A stretch of 29,615 bases of DNA from assembly GCA_034722955.1 (NCBI GenBank), contig JAYEOM010000133.1, forward strand, positions 1 to 29,615. Direction: 5' to 3'. This DNA comes from Campylobacterota bacterium. GTDB lineage: Bacteria > Campylobacterota > Campylobacteria > Campylobacterales > Sulfurovaceae. Positions 8,321 to 17,855 of the stretch are shown here, in pieces. Made by a program: the position numbers and the translations under genes. The notes beneath the pieces were generated by a model. The model was not told where the DNA came from. It saw nothing but the letters and a program-made list of their open reading frames with translations, and ran no database searches. Within the stretch, counting starts at the first letter, position 1; each line of letters starts with the position of its first letter.

Positions 8321-9850
8321 CTATTTTCTTAGTTTTCTAGCAAAAGCTATAGCCTCTTTGTCAGAGTTCTCTCCGGCGATAATGCGTGAAATCTCTCCAA
8401 TACGCTCCTCCTCATCCAGAACCTTGGCATAGCTGACACCAGCCACCTTATTTACCAAGATATGCTGATCTGCTTGAGCAGAGAGGTGTGCTTGGTGAGA
8501 GACTGCAAAGATTTGATATGCACTAGAGAGTTTGGCGATCATCGATGCGATAGCGATAGACTCATCTCCACTGACATTGGCATCTATCTCATCGAGGATG
8601 ATGACTCCCCCTTCTACGCTTCTGCCCTCCATAGCAACAACTAGAAGTGCCAATCTTAGGCGATTGAACTCTCCGCCACTCAGAGTAGAAGTAGCAGAGT
8701 CGCCCATCACCATATCTAAACTATCTATACCCGACTCTCCCAATGGTAACTGAGTAAATTTGAAATTTACAGATGGCAACTTCAACTCTCCTAGATAGGC
8801 TTCCAGCTTTTTTTCTACTCTCTTGGCTTCAGTTGCTCTAACTTGTGAAATCTGCTGTGCCAATATCATCAACTCATTATACTCCAGCGAGAGAAAAGAG
8901 TCCAGCTTGCTCTTGTCCTGTTCTATGGTTTGATAGCTTGCTAGCTCACTCTCTTTTAGATCAAGATAGATAAGTGCTTCAGAGATAGAGCCATATCGCT
9001 TTTTGAGTCCTGAGATCTTCTCTAGTCTATCAAGAACCTCTTCTACATCTATATCAGCTAACTCTTCAGCTAGAGACTCAGCCTCCTCAAAATCTGCTCT
9101 TAGTTGGTTGATGGTATCTCCAAAATAACTGCCATCTTTGTTCAAGAGCCGAAAGAGTTCCCAAACCGATGACTCCGACTGAAAGATACTATTTGCTTGC
9201 ATAAGTGCATCATTGATCTTATCAATCTTTGAGAGTTGTTGTTTTACCTCTATCAGCTTCTCATCTTCGCCCTCTTTGGGGTTGATACTTCTAATCTTTT
9301 CGATCTCATAGGTGGTAAACTCGATCAGCTCAGCAAGTTTTGTCTCATCACTGCGAATCTTATCTAATTCACTCAGTTTTATGCGGTAGTTTGTATATCG
9401 CTGGATATACTCTTTTCGTAATTTTTTATAACTACTGCTCTGTAGCAAAAGAGAGTTATCTAAAAGCTCTAGGAGTGCGATGCTTTCAAAACCGCTCTTG
9501 TCTCTTACGCTTAGGTAGTTAATGGTAGAGGAGAAAAGCTCTTTTAGCACTTTTTTGGATATATTTTGACTATTTATATAGAAACGGACACGATCCTTTT
9601 TCAAACTTTTGATCACTAACTCTTCATCAAGTTCATAGACTTCAGACTCTACTCGCTCAGGTCTTTTTAGTGTCACTTCACATAGCTTTGCATCACATCC
9701 GCCATAACCAAAACTCGACAATATGCTCTGCATCAATATAGATTTGCCAGCACCACTAGGACCTGTAAGTACTATCAACCCAGGATCGAACTCCAGCTCT
9801 GACTCTTTGAAAGTCAAAAGTTCTTTCAGATAGAGGCGTTGAATACTCAA
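8321..9850 (-). CDS. recN: DNA repair protein RecN (SMC-like ATPase)
   Basis: Walker A TGPSGAGKS, coiled coil, signature LSGGE, Walker B IILDEIDANVSG, SHQ. Lies downstream of nadK, with a TTG start overlapping its stop. Confidence 0.92.
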   Translation of the reverse strand: MSIQRLYLKELLTFKESELEFDPGLIVLTGPSGAGKSILMQSILSSFGYGGCDAKLCEVTLKRPERVESEVYELDEELVIKSLKKDRVRFYINSQNISKKVLKELFSSTINYLSVRDKSGFESIALLELLDNSLLLQSSSYKKLRKEYIQRYTNYRIKLSELDKIRSDETKLAELIEFTTYEIEKIRSINPKEGEDEKLIEVKQQLSKIDKINDALMQANSIFQSESSVWELFRLLNKDGSYFGDTINQLRADFEEAESLAEELADIDVEEVLDRLEKISGLKKRYGSISEALIYLDLKESELASYQTIEQDKSKLDSFLSLEYNELMILAQQISQVRATEAKRVEKKLEAYLGELKLPSVNFKFTQLPLGESGIDSLDMVMGDSATSTLSGGEFNRLRLALLVVAMEGRSVEGGVIILDEIDANVSGDESIAIASMIAKLSSAYQIFAVSHQAHLSAQADQHILVNKVAGVSYAKVLDEEERIGEISRIIAGENSDKEAIAFARKLRK

Positions 9851-10716
9851 TTTCTTTCACCCCATGAGAGCTTCTCTTGTAGTACGGTAAAGTAGTTACT
9901 CTCCCTTCTATGCAGTAGTTTTGCACCTTTTTTTGCCCCTTTGATGACAAGTAGATCATCTATATTCATCTCATAATCATCTTGTCCATCTATCATCGCT
10001 ATGACTGTCGCTTCTGGAGATTGCAGCTCTATTGTAAAGTCAGCAGGAACTAGCAGAGGACGCTGTGTCAGAGAGTGTGCACAGATCGGTGTCATGATAA
10101 ATGCTTTTGTCAAAGGGTAGATGATCGGTCCTCCAGCAGCCATGGAGTATGCAGTTGATCCTGTCGGTGTAGCTATGATCAACCCATCTCCGCTATAGGT
10201 ATTGAACAGCTCTCCATCTATGGATGCATTGATGCATGCCATTTTAGAGATAGTGGGGCGTGTGATCACTACATCATTTAGTGCATAAAAGTTTTTACGC
10301 TCTCTATCCGTCTCTATGTAACCCTCTATCATCATACGATCATCGATACTATAATCACCTATAAGCAGTGAGTCCAAAAATGTCTCTACCTCATTGATCT
10401 TGATATCTGCCAAAAACCCAAGGTGTCCAGCATTGATACCCAGTACAGGCTTATCATACCCATAACTATTTCGCACCAGTGAGAGTAGTGTTCCGTCACC
10501 TCCCAAAGATACTAAAAAGTCAGACTCTAGGCAGAGAGTATCAAAAGAGAGTCCATCCTCTCCGATCATCTCTCCTGATTTTTTAGAGAGCAGCACTCTG
10601 ATACCCTTGGCTTCAAACTGTGACTTGATCACATCATAGAGTTCTTTGATCTCAGGAGTATTTGGCTTGAGAATAAATCCAGCTGTTTTGATCTGTTTGA
10701 GTTTCTGTTTTGACAT
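9847..10716 (-). CDS. nadK: NAD(+) kinase
   Basis: LGGDGTLL, GINAGHLGFL, ALNDVVI, GDGLIIATPTGSTAYSMAAGGP, PICAHSLTQRP. ATG 10716 follows an AGAGG SD. Confidence 0.96.
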   Translation of the reverse strand: MSKQKLKQIKTAGFILKPNTPEIKELYDVIKSQFEAKGIRVLLSKKSGEMIGEDGLSFDTLCLESDFLVSLGGDGTLLSLVRNSYGYDKPVLGINAGHLGFLADIKINEVETFLDSLLIGDYSIDDRMMIEGYIETDRERKNFYALNDVVITRPTISKMACINASIDGELFNTYSGDGLIIATPTGSTAYSMAAGGPIIYPLTKAFIMTPICAHSLTQRPLLVPADFTIELQSPEATVIAMIDGQDDYEMNIDDLLVIKGAKKGAKLLHRRESNYFTVLQEKLSWGERN

Positions 10717-10832
10717 ATATTTACCTCTGTAGCTATATTGTAATAGGTAGATTATCATAATATCGCTTTAAACTCTTTTTTGATGTCGTTTTGAAGTCTC
10801 AAGAGGTTGATTCCTGATTTTCAATAAAAATT

Positions 10833-10841
10833 GGATATAAT
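10833..10841 (+). promoter_or_regulatory. Putative -10 (ggaTATAAT) of aspS-adk
   Basis: TATAAT at 10836-10841, about 30 nt upstream of the GTG start. Confidence 0.55.
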
Positions 10842-10870
10842 CGCGTCAAATTTATCATTTAGGAAGAGGC

Positions 10871-12637
10871 GTGAGAACACACTATTGTGCAGAAATAAAT
10901 GAAGAGCATATCGGGCAGGAGATCACTGTTAGTGGCTGGGTTGCCAGTAGAAGAGATCATGGGGGCGTTATATTTATCGACCTTCGAGATAGAGACCAAG
11001 TAGTGCAGCTTGTTTGTGATCCAGCAGATAATGTAGAGGCACACAAACAAGCTGAAGAGGTCAGAGATCAGTTTGTTTTGATCGTGACAGGAAAGGTAAG
11101 GGCTAGAGGTGAAGGTTTAGAAAACCCAAATCTCAAAACAGGAAAAGTAGAGATAGTAGTCGATAAATTAGTGATAGAGAACCGATCTCTGCCGATGCCT
11201 TTCGATCTAGGTGATGAGAAGGTCAACGAAGAGATTAAGCTTAGATATCGTTATCTTGAAATGCGTACCCAAAAGTCATATGAGATATTTAAGCTGCGAT
11301 CCAAAGTCACGATGGCTGCACGCAATGCACTCGATGAGATGGGTTTCCTAGAGGTGGAAACACCTATCATCACCAAATCTACACCTGAAGGTGCCAGAGA
11401 TTATCTCGTACCTAGTCGTGTGCATGGAGGTGAATTTTATGCACTTCCTCAGTCACCACAGCTATTCAAACAACTATTGATGGTTGGTGGATTTGACCGA
11501 TATTTTCAAATCGCCAAATGTTTTAGAGATGAAGATCTCAGAGCAGACAGGCAGCCTGAGTTTACTCAGATCGATGTTGAGTTGAGTTTCTGCGACCAAG
11601 AGGATGTCATAGAGGTAGCTGAAAAACTCATCTATGAGATCTTTGCAAAAAATGGTTATGATATTCCGACAAAATTTCATCGCATGACACATAGCGAAGC
11701 GATGGAGAAGTATGGATCGGACAAACCTGATATGCGTTATGATCTAGCGATGGTAGATGTGATCGATATATTTGAGAGATGTGACAATGAGATCTTCGCA
11801 ACTATTGCAAGATCCCCCAAAAAAAATCGCATAAAAGCCCTCAAAGTTCCAAATGGTGATAATATCTTCTCAAAGCGTCAGATGAAGGGCTTTGAGGAGT
11901 ATGTGCGTAAGTTTGGAGCTCAAGGTTTGGGATATTTCCAGATGAAAGAGGATGGACTCAAAGGTCCATTGACTAAATTTTTCACTGATGAGGATATCGA
12001 AGCCATTATAGATAGATGTGAACTAGAGGTTGGAGATGCAGTCTTCTTTGGTGCAGGTGACAAAAGGGTAGTCTTGGACTATATGGGAAGATTCCGTATA
12101 TATCTAGCTGAGATTATGGATATCATCCCTCAGGATCAGTTTGAATTCCTATGGGTTGTTGATTTTCCTATGTTTGAAGTAGAGGAGGGCAAAGTCAAAG
12201 CCCTGCATCACCCTTTCTCTATGCCAAAATTATCAGAGAAGGGTTCACTAGACTATGATGATATTGAGGATATAGAGTCTATAGCCTATGATATAGTTCT
12301 CAATGGCACAGAGCTTGGCGGAGGATCTATGCGTATCCACAAGGAGGCAATTCAGTCAGAGATATTCAGACTCCTTGGTATTGATGAAGAGGAGGCTCAA
12401 GAAAAATTTGGCTTCCTGCTTGATGCACTCAAGTTTGGTGCACCTCCACATGGTGGATTTGCTATGGGATTGGATAGGATGATCATGCTCATGGCAGGTA
12501 CAGATAGTATCCGTGATGTTATCGCATTTCCTAAGACGCAAAAAGCACAATGTCTTCTCACAAAGGCACCCAGCCCTGTAGATGGTGAACAGCTCAAAGA
12601 TTTGAGCCTCAGAATAAGACAGACACCAGTAGCTTAA
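10871..12637 (+). CDS. aspS: Aspartate--tRNA ligase (probably non-discriminating Asp/Asn type)
   Basis: [70 protein letters not shown]. His in RDHGG and Gly in NLKTGKVE are typical of non-discriminating AspRS. Confidence 0.97.
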   Translation: MRTHYCAEINEEHIGQEITVSGWVASRRDHGGVIFIDLRDRDQVVQLVCDPADNVEAHKQAEEVRDQFVLIVTGKVRARGEGLENPNLKTGKVEIVVDKLVIENRSLPMPFDLGDEKVNEEIKLRYRYLEMRTQKSYEIFKLRSKVTMAARNALDEMGFLEVETPIITKSTPEGARDYLVPSRVHGGEFYALPQSPQLFKQLLMVGGFDRYFQIAKCFRDEDLRADRQPEFTQIDVELSFCDQEDVIEVAEKLIYEIFAKNGYDIPTKFHRMTHSEAMEKYGSDKPDMRYDLAMVDVIDIFERCDNEIFATIARSPKKNRIKALKVPNGDNIFSKRQMKGFEEYVRKFGAQGLGYFQMKEDGLKGPLTKFFTDEDIEAIIDRCELEVGDAVFFGAGDKRVVLDYMGRFRIYLAEIMDIIPQDQFEFLWVVDFPMFEVEEGKVKALHHPFSMPKLSEKGSLDYDDIEDIESIAYDIVLNGTELGGGSMRIHKEAIQSEIFRLLGIDEEEAQEKFGFLLDALKFGAPPHGGFAMGLDRMIMLMAGTDSIRDVIAFPKTQKAQCLLTKAPSPVDGEQLKDLSLRIRQTPVA

Positions 12638-12671
12638 GCCAAACCTATACCACATTAAAAGGATCACAACA

Positions 12672-13259
12672 ATGAAAAAACTTTTTCTCATCATCGGAGC
12701 CCCGGGCTCAGGTAAAACAACAGATGCTAGCCTCATCGCTGAGCGTCATAGTGATAGAGTCGTTCACTACTCTACAGGCGATATGCTAAGAGCAGAGGTT
12801 GCTAGCGGCAGCCAACTAGGAGAGACGATCGAAAGTTACATCTCCAAAGGAGCTCTTGTACCACTAGCTATCATCATAGATACTATCATCTCTGCTATCA
12901 AGCACTCACCTAAAGATATAGTATTGATCGATGGATATCCTAGAAGTACAGAGCAGATGAGAGCTTTAGATGAGATACTGCAAACAGAAGATGAGATAGA
13001 TCTCGTCTCTGTGATAGAGGTACGCGTCAGTGAAGCTGTTGCCAAAGATCGTATACTTGGTCGTGCTGCTGAGGCTGAAGTTGTGAGAAGTGATGATAGC
13101 ATAGAGGTATTTTATGACCGTATGAAGATATACAGTGATCCACTTGCAGAGATACAGGAGTTTTATACAGATATAGAGTTATTGAAAGTCATAGATGGAG
13201 AGAGAACTTTAGAAGTTATTGTGGATGACATGGATGACTTCGTACAGAGCAAAGTATAG
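12672..13259 (+). CDS. adk: Adenylate kinase (short-LID type)
   Basis: GAPGSGKTT, HYSTGDMLR, GALVP, IDGYPRS, RSDD. RBS AAAGGA. Confidence 0.95.
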   Translation: MKKLFLIIGAPGSGKTTDASLIAERHSDRVVHYSTGDMLRAEVASGSQLGETIESYISKGALVPLAIIIDTIISAIKHSPKDIVLIDGYPRSTEQMRALDEILQTEDEIDLVSVIEVRVSEAVAKDRILGRAAEAEVVRSDDSIEVFYDRMKIYSDPLAEIQEFYTDIELLKVIDGERTLEVIVDDMDDFVQSKV

Positions 13260-13264
13260 TCATA

Positions 13265-13292
13265 AGGAGGAGGAGTAACTCCTCCTACTCCT
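13265..13292. terminator. Hairpin between convergent adk and lipoprotein genes (possible bidirectional terminator)
   Basis: AGGAGGAG-TAA-CTCCTCCT (13268-13286), with extra AGG and CTCCT copies; no U-tract. Confidence 0.5.
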
Positions 13293-13299
13293 CTACAAG

Positions 13300-13671
13300 T
13301 TACTTTGCCAACAGTCCATTTGCGATTACATTAAACTCATATTGATGTGCTGGGAATTTTCTAAGTCCATAAGCAATAAATTGATTTTTGCTAATCTGAT
13401 GATCCCATAATTTATAGGTAATATCTGTAAACCAGTTTTTTAGTTCAGGTGTACTCAAATCTAATTTTTGATAGCTAAAATCTTGCTTGATATCTGTCCC
13501 AACCTTACGCATAGTACTTCTATAGACTGCATGTTTTTGGGCATCCGTCATAACAGGCTTGACAACCACTGGTTTTGGTTTTGGTTTTGGTGCTGGTGTA
13601 CAAGCAGTATGAGATAAACCAATAGCCACAACCATAGAGCTAAACAACACTGTTTTTAAATTAAATTTCAT
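13300..13671 (-). CDS. Putative lipoprotein with Pro/Lys-rich tether
   Basis: Basic N-terminus, hydrophobic stretch, HTA-C lipobox-like site, then TPAPKPKPKP. ATG 13671 fits the AAGGA SD; 13677 is an alternative start. Confidence 0.75.
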   Translation of the reverse strand: MKFNLKTVLFSSMVVAIGLSHTACTPAPKPKPKPVVVKPVMTDAQKHAVYRSTMRKVGTDIKQDFSYQKLDLSTPELKNWFTDITYKLWDHQISKNQFIAYGLRKFPAHQYEFNVIANGLLAK

Positions 13672-13743
13672 TTTCATCCTTAGGTAAGATAATATTTATA
13701 AAATTATTGCATATTTTGGGTTAAACTCTGCCATACTATATTT

Positions 13744-13752
13744 TGCTATAAT
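13744..13752 (+). promoter_or_regulatory. Extended -10 promoter TGcTATAAT of the SYLF gene
   Basis: Perfect TGnTATAAT 34 nt before ATG 13787. Confidence 0.65.
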
Positions 13753-13786
13753 ACTAATGATAAAATATAAAGGCAAAGGATCCTCA

Positions 13787-14329
13787 ATGAAACTATTCAA
13801 ATATGCTTTGGCACTACTCTCTACCCTGCTACTAAGTACATCTCTTTATGCTAAAACAGCTGGAGAGATCAACTTTGAAGCTGACAAAGCACTCAAGGAG
13901 TTCAACAAAGAGGTCAAAGGCTCTGTATCATTTGTTGACAATAGAGTCAAGGGTCTTTTGATCTTTCCAAGTGTTGTAAAAGCAGGCATTGGTGTTGGGG
14001 GAGAGTATGGCGAGGGTGTTCTTCGTGTAGGTGGCAAAAGTGTACAATACTACAGCACAGCATCTGCATCTATAGGCTTTCAGCTTGGTGCACAGAAAAA
14101 ATCTCTTATCATTGCATTTATGACTGAAGACGCACTAAACAATTTTAGAAACAAGAGTGGATGGAAGATCGGTGTTGATGGTTCAGTCGCCCTAATCAAT
14201 CTAGGTGCCGGTAAAGATATCAACTCCGAAACAGTCGGCAAACCTGTAGTTGGCTTTATGTTTGGCAACAAAGGTCTTATGTACAACCTAACCCTAGAGG
14301 GTAGTAAGTTTACTAAGATTGTACGATAA
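13787..14329 (+). CDS. Secreted Ysc84/SYLF lipid-binding domain protein
   Basis: Sec signal peptide (…TSLYA|K), GLLIFPSVVKAGIGVGGEYGEG, ASIGFQLGAQ, GWKIGVDGSVA, KGLMYNLTLEGSKFTKI. RBS AAAGGA 6 nt before ATG 13787. Confidence 0.88.
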   Translation: MKLFKYALALLSTLLLSTSLYAKTAGEINFEADKALKEFNKEVKGSVSFVDNRVKGLLIFPSVVKAGIGVGGEYGEGVLRVGGKSVQYYSTASASIGFQLGAQKKSLIIAFMTEDALNNFRNKSGWKIGVDGSVALINLGAGKDINSETVGKPVVGFMFGNKGLMYNLTLEGSKFTKIVR

Positions 14330-14333
14330 GGAA

Positions 14334-16379
14334 CTACTCTCCTGATAGTCTCTCTATAAGCTCTTTCCAGATACTCAGAGCCAAACTTTCAGGGATCTCC
14401 ACATCATCAAATCTGATCCGTTCTCCCTCTTTGATATCTCTCTTGAGTGTGACATCAGATATGAGACCTATAGGTACATGTGATAGATCATCTTCAATAG
14501 TCATAGCCACGCCTCTAACATCAAAACTCCCGATCCCTTTACCTATCTTCTCCCCTGGTTTCAAATCACGCTTTGCTATAGTCGCTACACTAAATCTAGG
14601 ATCAGCACTATTGTCCAACAGAACACCACCTCCAGAGAGTACTCGTTCGATAGTTTTGATAATCTCAAGATGACATAAGTGGTAAGTACGCTCTAGAACA
14701 TAATATGGACCCTCACCCATCTTGTAGTATTTAAGAGAGTCTTTCTGTTCTCTATCATGCTCTACTACCAAAAAAACACCAGCAGGCAGTGTAGGCGAGA
14801 GTAGATAGTCACTAACTGGATAACCCAATCTCTTAGCCTGCTCTGCAAGGAGTGTTCCACCATCTAGCATACTATCATTCGGAAGTTTAACCAACCCCTC
14901 CTCTATCAATCCGGCATCCAAGCCATTGGCTACAAGTACCTGCTCTATCTGTACTTTGGTTCCATCAGTAAATGATGTGACCATATCGAGACTGATGTTT
15001 GAGCGTTTTCCCCAATACTCCATCTCTTTTATAGAAGGGTTGTGGTTTAGAAACCCTTTGATATTGGCATAGACTAAGGGTTTAAATCCCATAGAGAGTG
15101 CCTCTTCATGGAGTACAGCCTGTACACCGGGCTGATCTCCCTCTGCCTCAGTGACAAGACCTTTATCTACAAAGTATGATCCTGTCGTAATGTGAAACTC
15201 TGAATTCATAGTGACTACAGGGATATCTGCTTTGATGATCTCATAGATAGTCTCTGTAGCGTAGAGAGCATCTCCACTGCACTCTACGATGAGATCAGAG
15301 TTTTTGATAAGATCATCCAGTGAGTTTGTCAAGAGGTGGTGTTGCGGAAAATTTTTTCGTCCTGAAATATCTGTCCGTGTCAATACTCCAGAGAGTTCAA
15401 AGTTTTGATGATTGGCAAGCAGATCAACCAGCCCTTTAGCTATAAAACCTGTTCCAATGACAGCTACTTTAGGCACTATAGAGCTGTTCTCTCTCTCTTT
15501 TTTCAAATAGTTTTCGAGAGAGTCTCTCCAAAATGGTATCTGAATATTAAACTCTTTTTTGATCTTCTCTTTGCTCAAAACGCTATATAGAGGTCTTTTG
15601 GCAGGGGTAGGATAGTCTTGAGTTCTGATAGGTTTGACACCACATCGGATAGTTGAGATATCAAAGATCGCTTTTGAGTAGTCGTACCATGAGCAGACAC
15701 CCTCATTGCTATAGTGATATATCTCAACAGAACTCTTTTTGGTTTCGGGATGGAGCATCTGATACCCAACGATATGGAGGATTGTTTCGGCTAAATCCGT
15801 TGCGTATGTGGGTGTACCGATCTGATCATAGACAACTTTGAGACTTGACCTCTCTTTTCCGAGATTGGTCATAGTCTTAACAAAATTACGACCATAGTGA
15901 CTATAGACCCATGATGTTCGTATTATGATTGATGAGGGGGGGTTGATACGCTCTATCTCCTCCTCTCCCATCAGCTTCGATCTACTGTAGGTACCTTGAG
16001 GATTAGGGGTATCTGTCTCACTATAAGGCTGATATTGACTCCCATCAAAGACATAATCTGTAGAGATATGTATCAGTTGAATATCTTTCGCTTTTGAGAT
16101 CTCAGCTAAGTATTTGACTGCCAAATGGTTGACGCTATTTGTAGTCTCAGGCTCTCTCTCTGCACGATCCACATCAGTATACGCTGCACAATTGATGATG
16201 ATATCGATACTATTATCATCAACATATATCTCTACAGACTCTTTTTTGGTTATATCCAATGTCTGTTTATTAGTGAAATAGAATCTACTCTCATCTAGTA
16301 CTATATGTTTTGATTCGATCTGCTCTTTGATCTCTGTACCTATCTGCCCTTGAGCTCCTGTTACAAGTATATTAGTCAT
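14334..16379 (-). CDS. rmlD: dTDP-4-dehydrorhamnose reductase (RmlD) fused to a homoserine-dehydrogenase-like NAD(P) oxidoreductase with C-terminal SAF domain (COG4091-like)
   Basis: N-terminal half: VTGAQGQIG, INCAAYTDVD, HISTDYVFDG, YSRSK, IRTSWVY, DQIGTPT, YPTPAKRP. C-terminal half: VIGTGFIA, EGDQPG, DGTKVQIEQVLVANG, YHLCHLE and SAF (AKRDLKPGE…LKRDIKEGE…DDVEIP). ATG 16379 overlaps the rmlC stop. Confidence 0.88.
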   Translation of the reverse strand: MTNILVTGAQGQIGTEIKEQIESKHIVLDESRFYFTNKQTLDITKKESVEIYVDDNSIDIIINCAAYTDVDRAEREPETTNSVNHLAVKYLAEISKAKDIQLIHISTDYVFDGSQYQPYSETDTPNPQGTYSRSKLMGEEEIERINPPSSIIIRTSWVYSHYGRNFVKTMTNLGKERSSLKVVYDQIGTPTYATDLAETILHIVGYQMLHPETKKSSVEIYHYSNEGVCSWYDYSKAIFDISTIRCGVKPIRTQDYPTPAKRPLYSVLSKEKIKKEFNIQIPFWRDSLENYLKKERENSSIVPKVAVIGTGFIAKGLVDLLANHQNFELSGVLTRTDISGRKNFPQHHLLTNSLDDLIKNSDLIVECSGDALYATETIYEIIKADIPVVTMNSEFHITTGSYFVDKGLVTEAEGDQPGVQAVLHEEALSMGFKPLVYANIKGFLNHNPSIKEMEYWGKRSNISLDMVTSFTDGTKVQIEQVLVANGLDAGLIEEGLVKLPNDSMLDGGTLLAEQAKRLGYPVSDYLLSPTLPAGVFLVVEHDREQKDSLKYYKMGEGPYYVLERTYHLCHLEIIKTIERVLSGGGVLLDNSADPRFSVATIAKRDLKPGEKIGKGIGSFDVRGVAMTIEDDLSHVPIGLISDVTLKRDIKEGERIRFDDVEIPESLALSIWKELIERLSGE
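15489..15503 (-). repeat. Simple-sequence tract A5(AG)5 (reads AAAAAAGAGAGAGAG) at the RmlD/oxidoreductase junction
   Basis: The + strand reads CTCTCTCTCT TTTTT at 15489-15503. Confidence 0.6.
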
Positions 16380-16944
16380 AAAGCTCTTCTCCAAAAGTAA
16401 ATAGATCCGCATCTCTCAAAAGAGGTTGTACTCTATCTTTGTCAGATAGCTTAAGCAGTGTTGTATCTATCTGCCAGTCGATCCCGATAGTAGGATCATC
16501 AAAAGCAATACCCCTATCATTCTGGGGCGAGTAGTAGTTGTCTACCTTATATGCAAAGATTGTATCATCTTCGAGTACGACAAAAGCATGTGCAAAACCT
16601 CTAGGGACAAAAAGTTGCCGTTTGCTCTCTGCATTTAGCTCTATAGCTACATGCTTTCCAAATGATGGGCTACCCTCTCTTATATCTACAGCTATATCCA
16701 ACACACGCCCTTTGATGACGCGAACCAGTTTGGTTTGAGCGGCAGGTGCCAGCTGGTAGTGCAGACCTCGCAGAACACCTCTGGAGCTTTTCGACTCGTT
16801 GTCTTGGCAAAAGTTTACTTTGAAACCTAGAAATGCTTCTAGTTTGTCTTGACGAAAAGTCTCTACAAAGTAGCCTCTCTCATCACCATGCACCAATGGA
16901 TCGATGATGACAACATCCTCAATCTCTGTTTTTGTAAATTTCAT
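16372..16944 (-). CDS. rmlC: dTDP-4-dehydrorhamnose 3,5-epimerase
   Basis: GDERGYFVE, QDNESKS, GVLRGLHYQ, DIAVDIREGSPSFG, VPRGFAHAF, YKVDNYY, LSDKD. Confidence 0.97.
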   Translation of the reverse strand: MKFTKTEIEDVVIIDPLVHGDERGYFVETFRQDKLEAFLGFKVNFCQDNESKSSRGVLRGLHYQLAPAAQTKLVRVIKGRVLDIAVDIREGSPSFGKHVAIELNAESKRQLFVPRGFAHAFVVLEDDTIFAYKVDNYYSPQNDRGIAFDDPTIGIDWQIDTTLLKLSDKDRVQPLLRDADLFTFGEELYD

Positions 16945-16961
16945 ATAGTTCTATCCTTTTG

Positions 16962-17855
16962 CTATTTTCTAGCTATGATTCCCTCTTCTGCACGCCTAAG
17001 CAGATACTGTCCATATTGATTTTTTTTGAGTTGCTCTGCAAGTGCTATAAGTTGTGCTTTGTTGATATATCCCATCTCAAATGCTATCTCTTCTATACAA
17101 GCTACCTTGAGACTCTGTCTCTTCTCTATAGTTTGGATAAACATAGATGCCTCCAGTAGACTCTCATGCGTTCCTGTATCCAGCCAAGCATAACCTCTGC
17201 CGAGTAGTTCGACTCTGAGCATCTTCTCTTGCAGGTAGTCCTGATTGAGTGTCGTGATTTCCAGCTCTCCACGGTCACTAGGCTTGACATCTTTAGCTCT
17301 CTTGATGACATCATTTGGGTAGAAGTAGAGTCCGACTACAGCATAGTTGGATTTTGGGTTTTCTGGTTTCTCTTCGAGACTTGTCACGATACCATTCTCA
17401 TCAAAATCTGCAACTCCGTATCGCTCTGGATCAGAGACATAGTACCCAAATACAGTAGCTTTTTTTTCTATTTTGGCACGCTCTACAGATGAAGCCAAAA
17501 GGTTGGTTAAGCCCTGACCGTAGAAGATATTGTCACCTAGAACAAGTGCAACACTCTCATCACCGATAAAAGACTCTCCCAGTATAAAAGCTTGAGCCAA
17601 TCCATCAGGAGATGGCTGCACTACATAAGAGAAACTCATCCCAATCTCAGAGCCATCTCCCAAAAGTTTTTCAAACCTAGGTAGATCATCAGGAGTAGAG
17701 ATGATAAGTACCTCAGTTATACCGGCGAGCATGAGAACAGATAGTGGATAGTAGACCATAGGCTTATCATAGATAGGTACCAGTTGCTTGCTGACCCCTT
17801 TTGTGATGGGGTAGAGTCTTGTGCCGGAGCCGCCTGCTAAAATGATCCCTCTCAT
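16962..17855 (-). CDS. rmlA: Glucose-1-phosphate thymidylyltransferase
   Basis: [67 protein letters not shown]. Confidence 0.98.
   Translation of the reverse strand: MRGIILAGGSGTRLYPITKGVSKQLVPIYDKPMVYYPLSVLMLAGITEVLIISTPDDLPRFEKLLGDGSEIGMSFSYVVQPSPDGLAQAFILGESFIGDESVALVLGDNIFYGQGLTNLLASSVERAKIEKKATVFGYYVSDPERYGVADFDENGIVTSLEEKPENPKSNYAVVGLYFYPNDVIKRAKDVKPSDRGELEITTLNQDYLQEKMLRVELLGRGYAWLDTGTHESLLEASMFIQTIEKRQSLKVACIEEIAFEMGYINKAQLIALAEQLKKNQYGQYLLRRAEEGIIARK

Noticed and set aside
16380..16412. ORF-track N-terminal extensions (rmlD 16412; also nadK 10758, pgm 20371, SYLF 13757, membrane protein 24708)
   Set aside because: Downstream starts have proper SD or promoter geometry and match family N-termini; the extensions overlap neighbouring genes or promoters.
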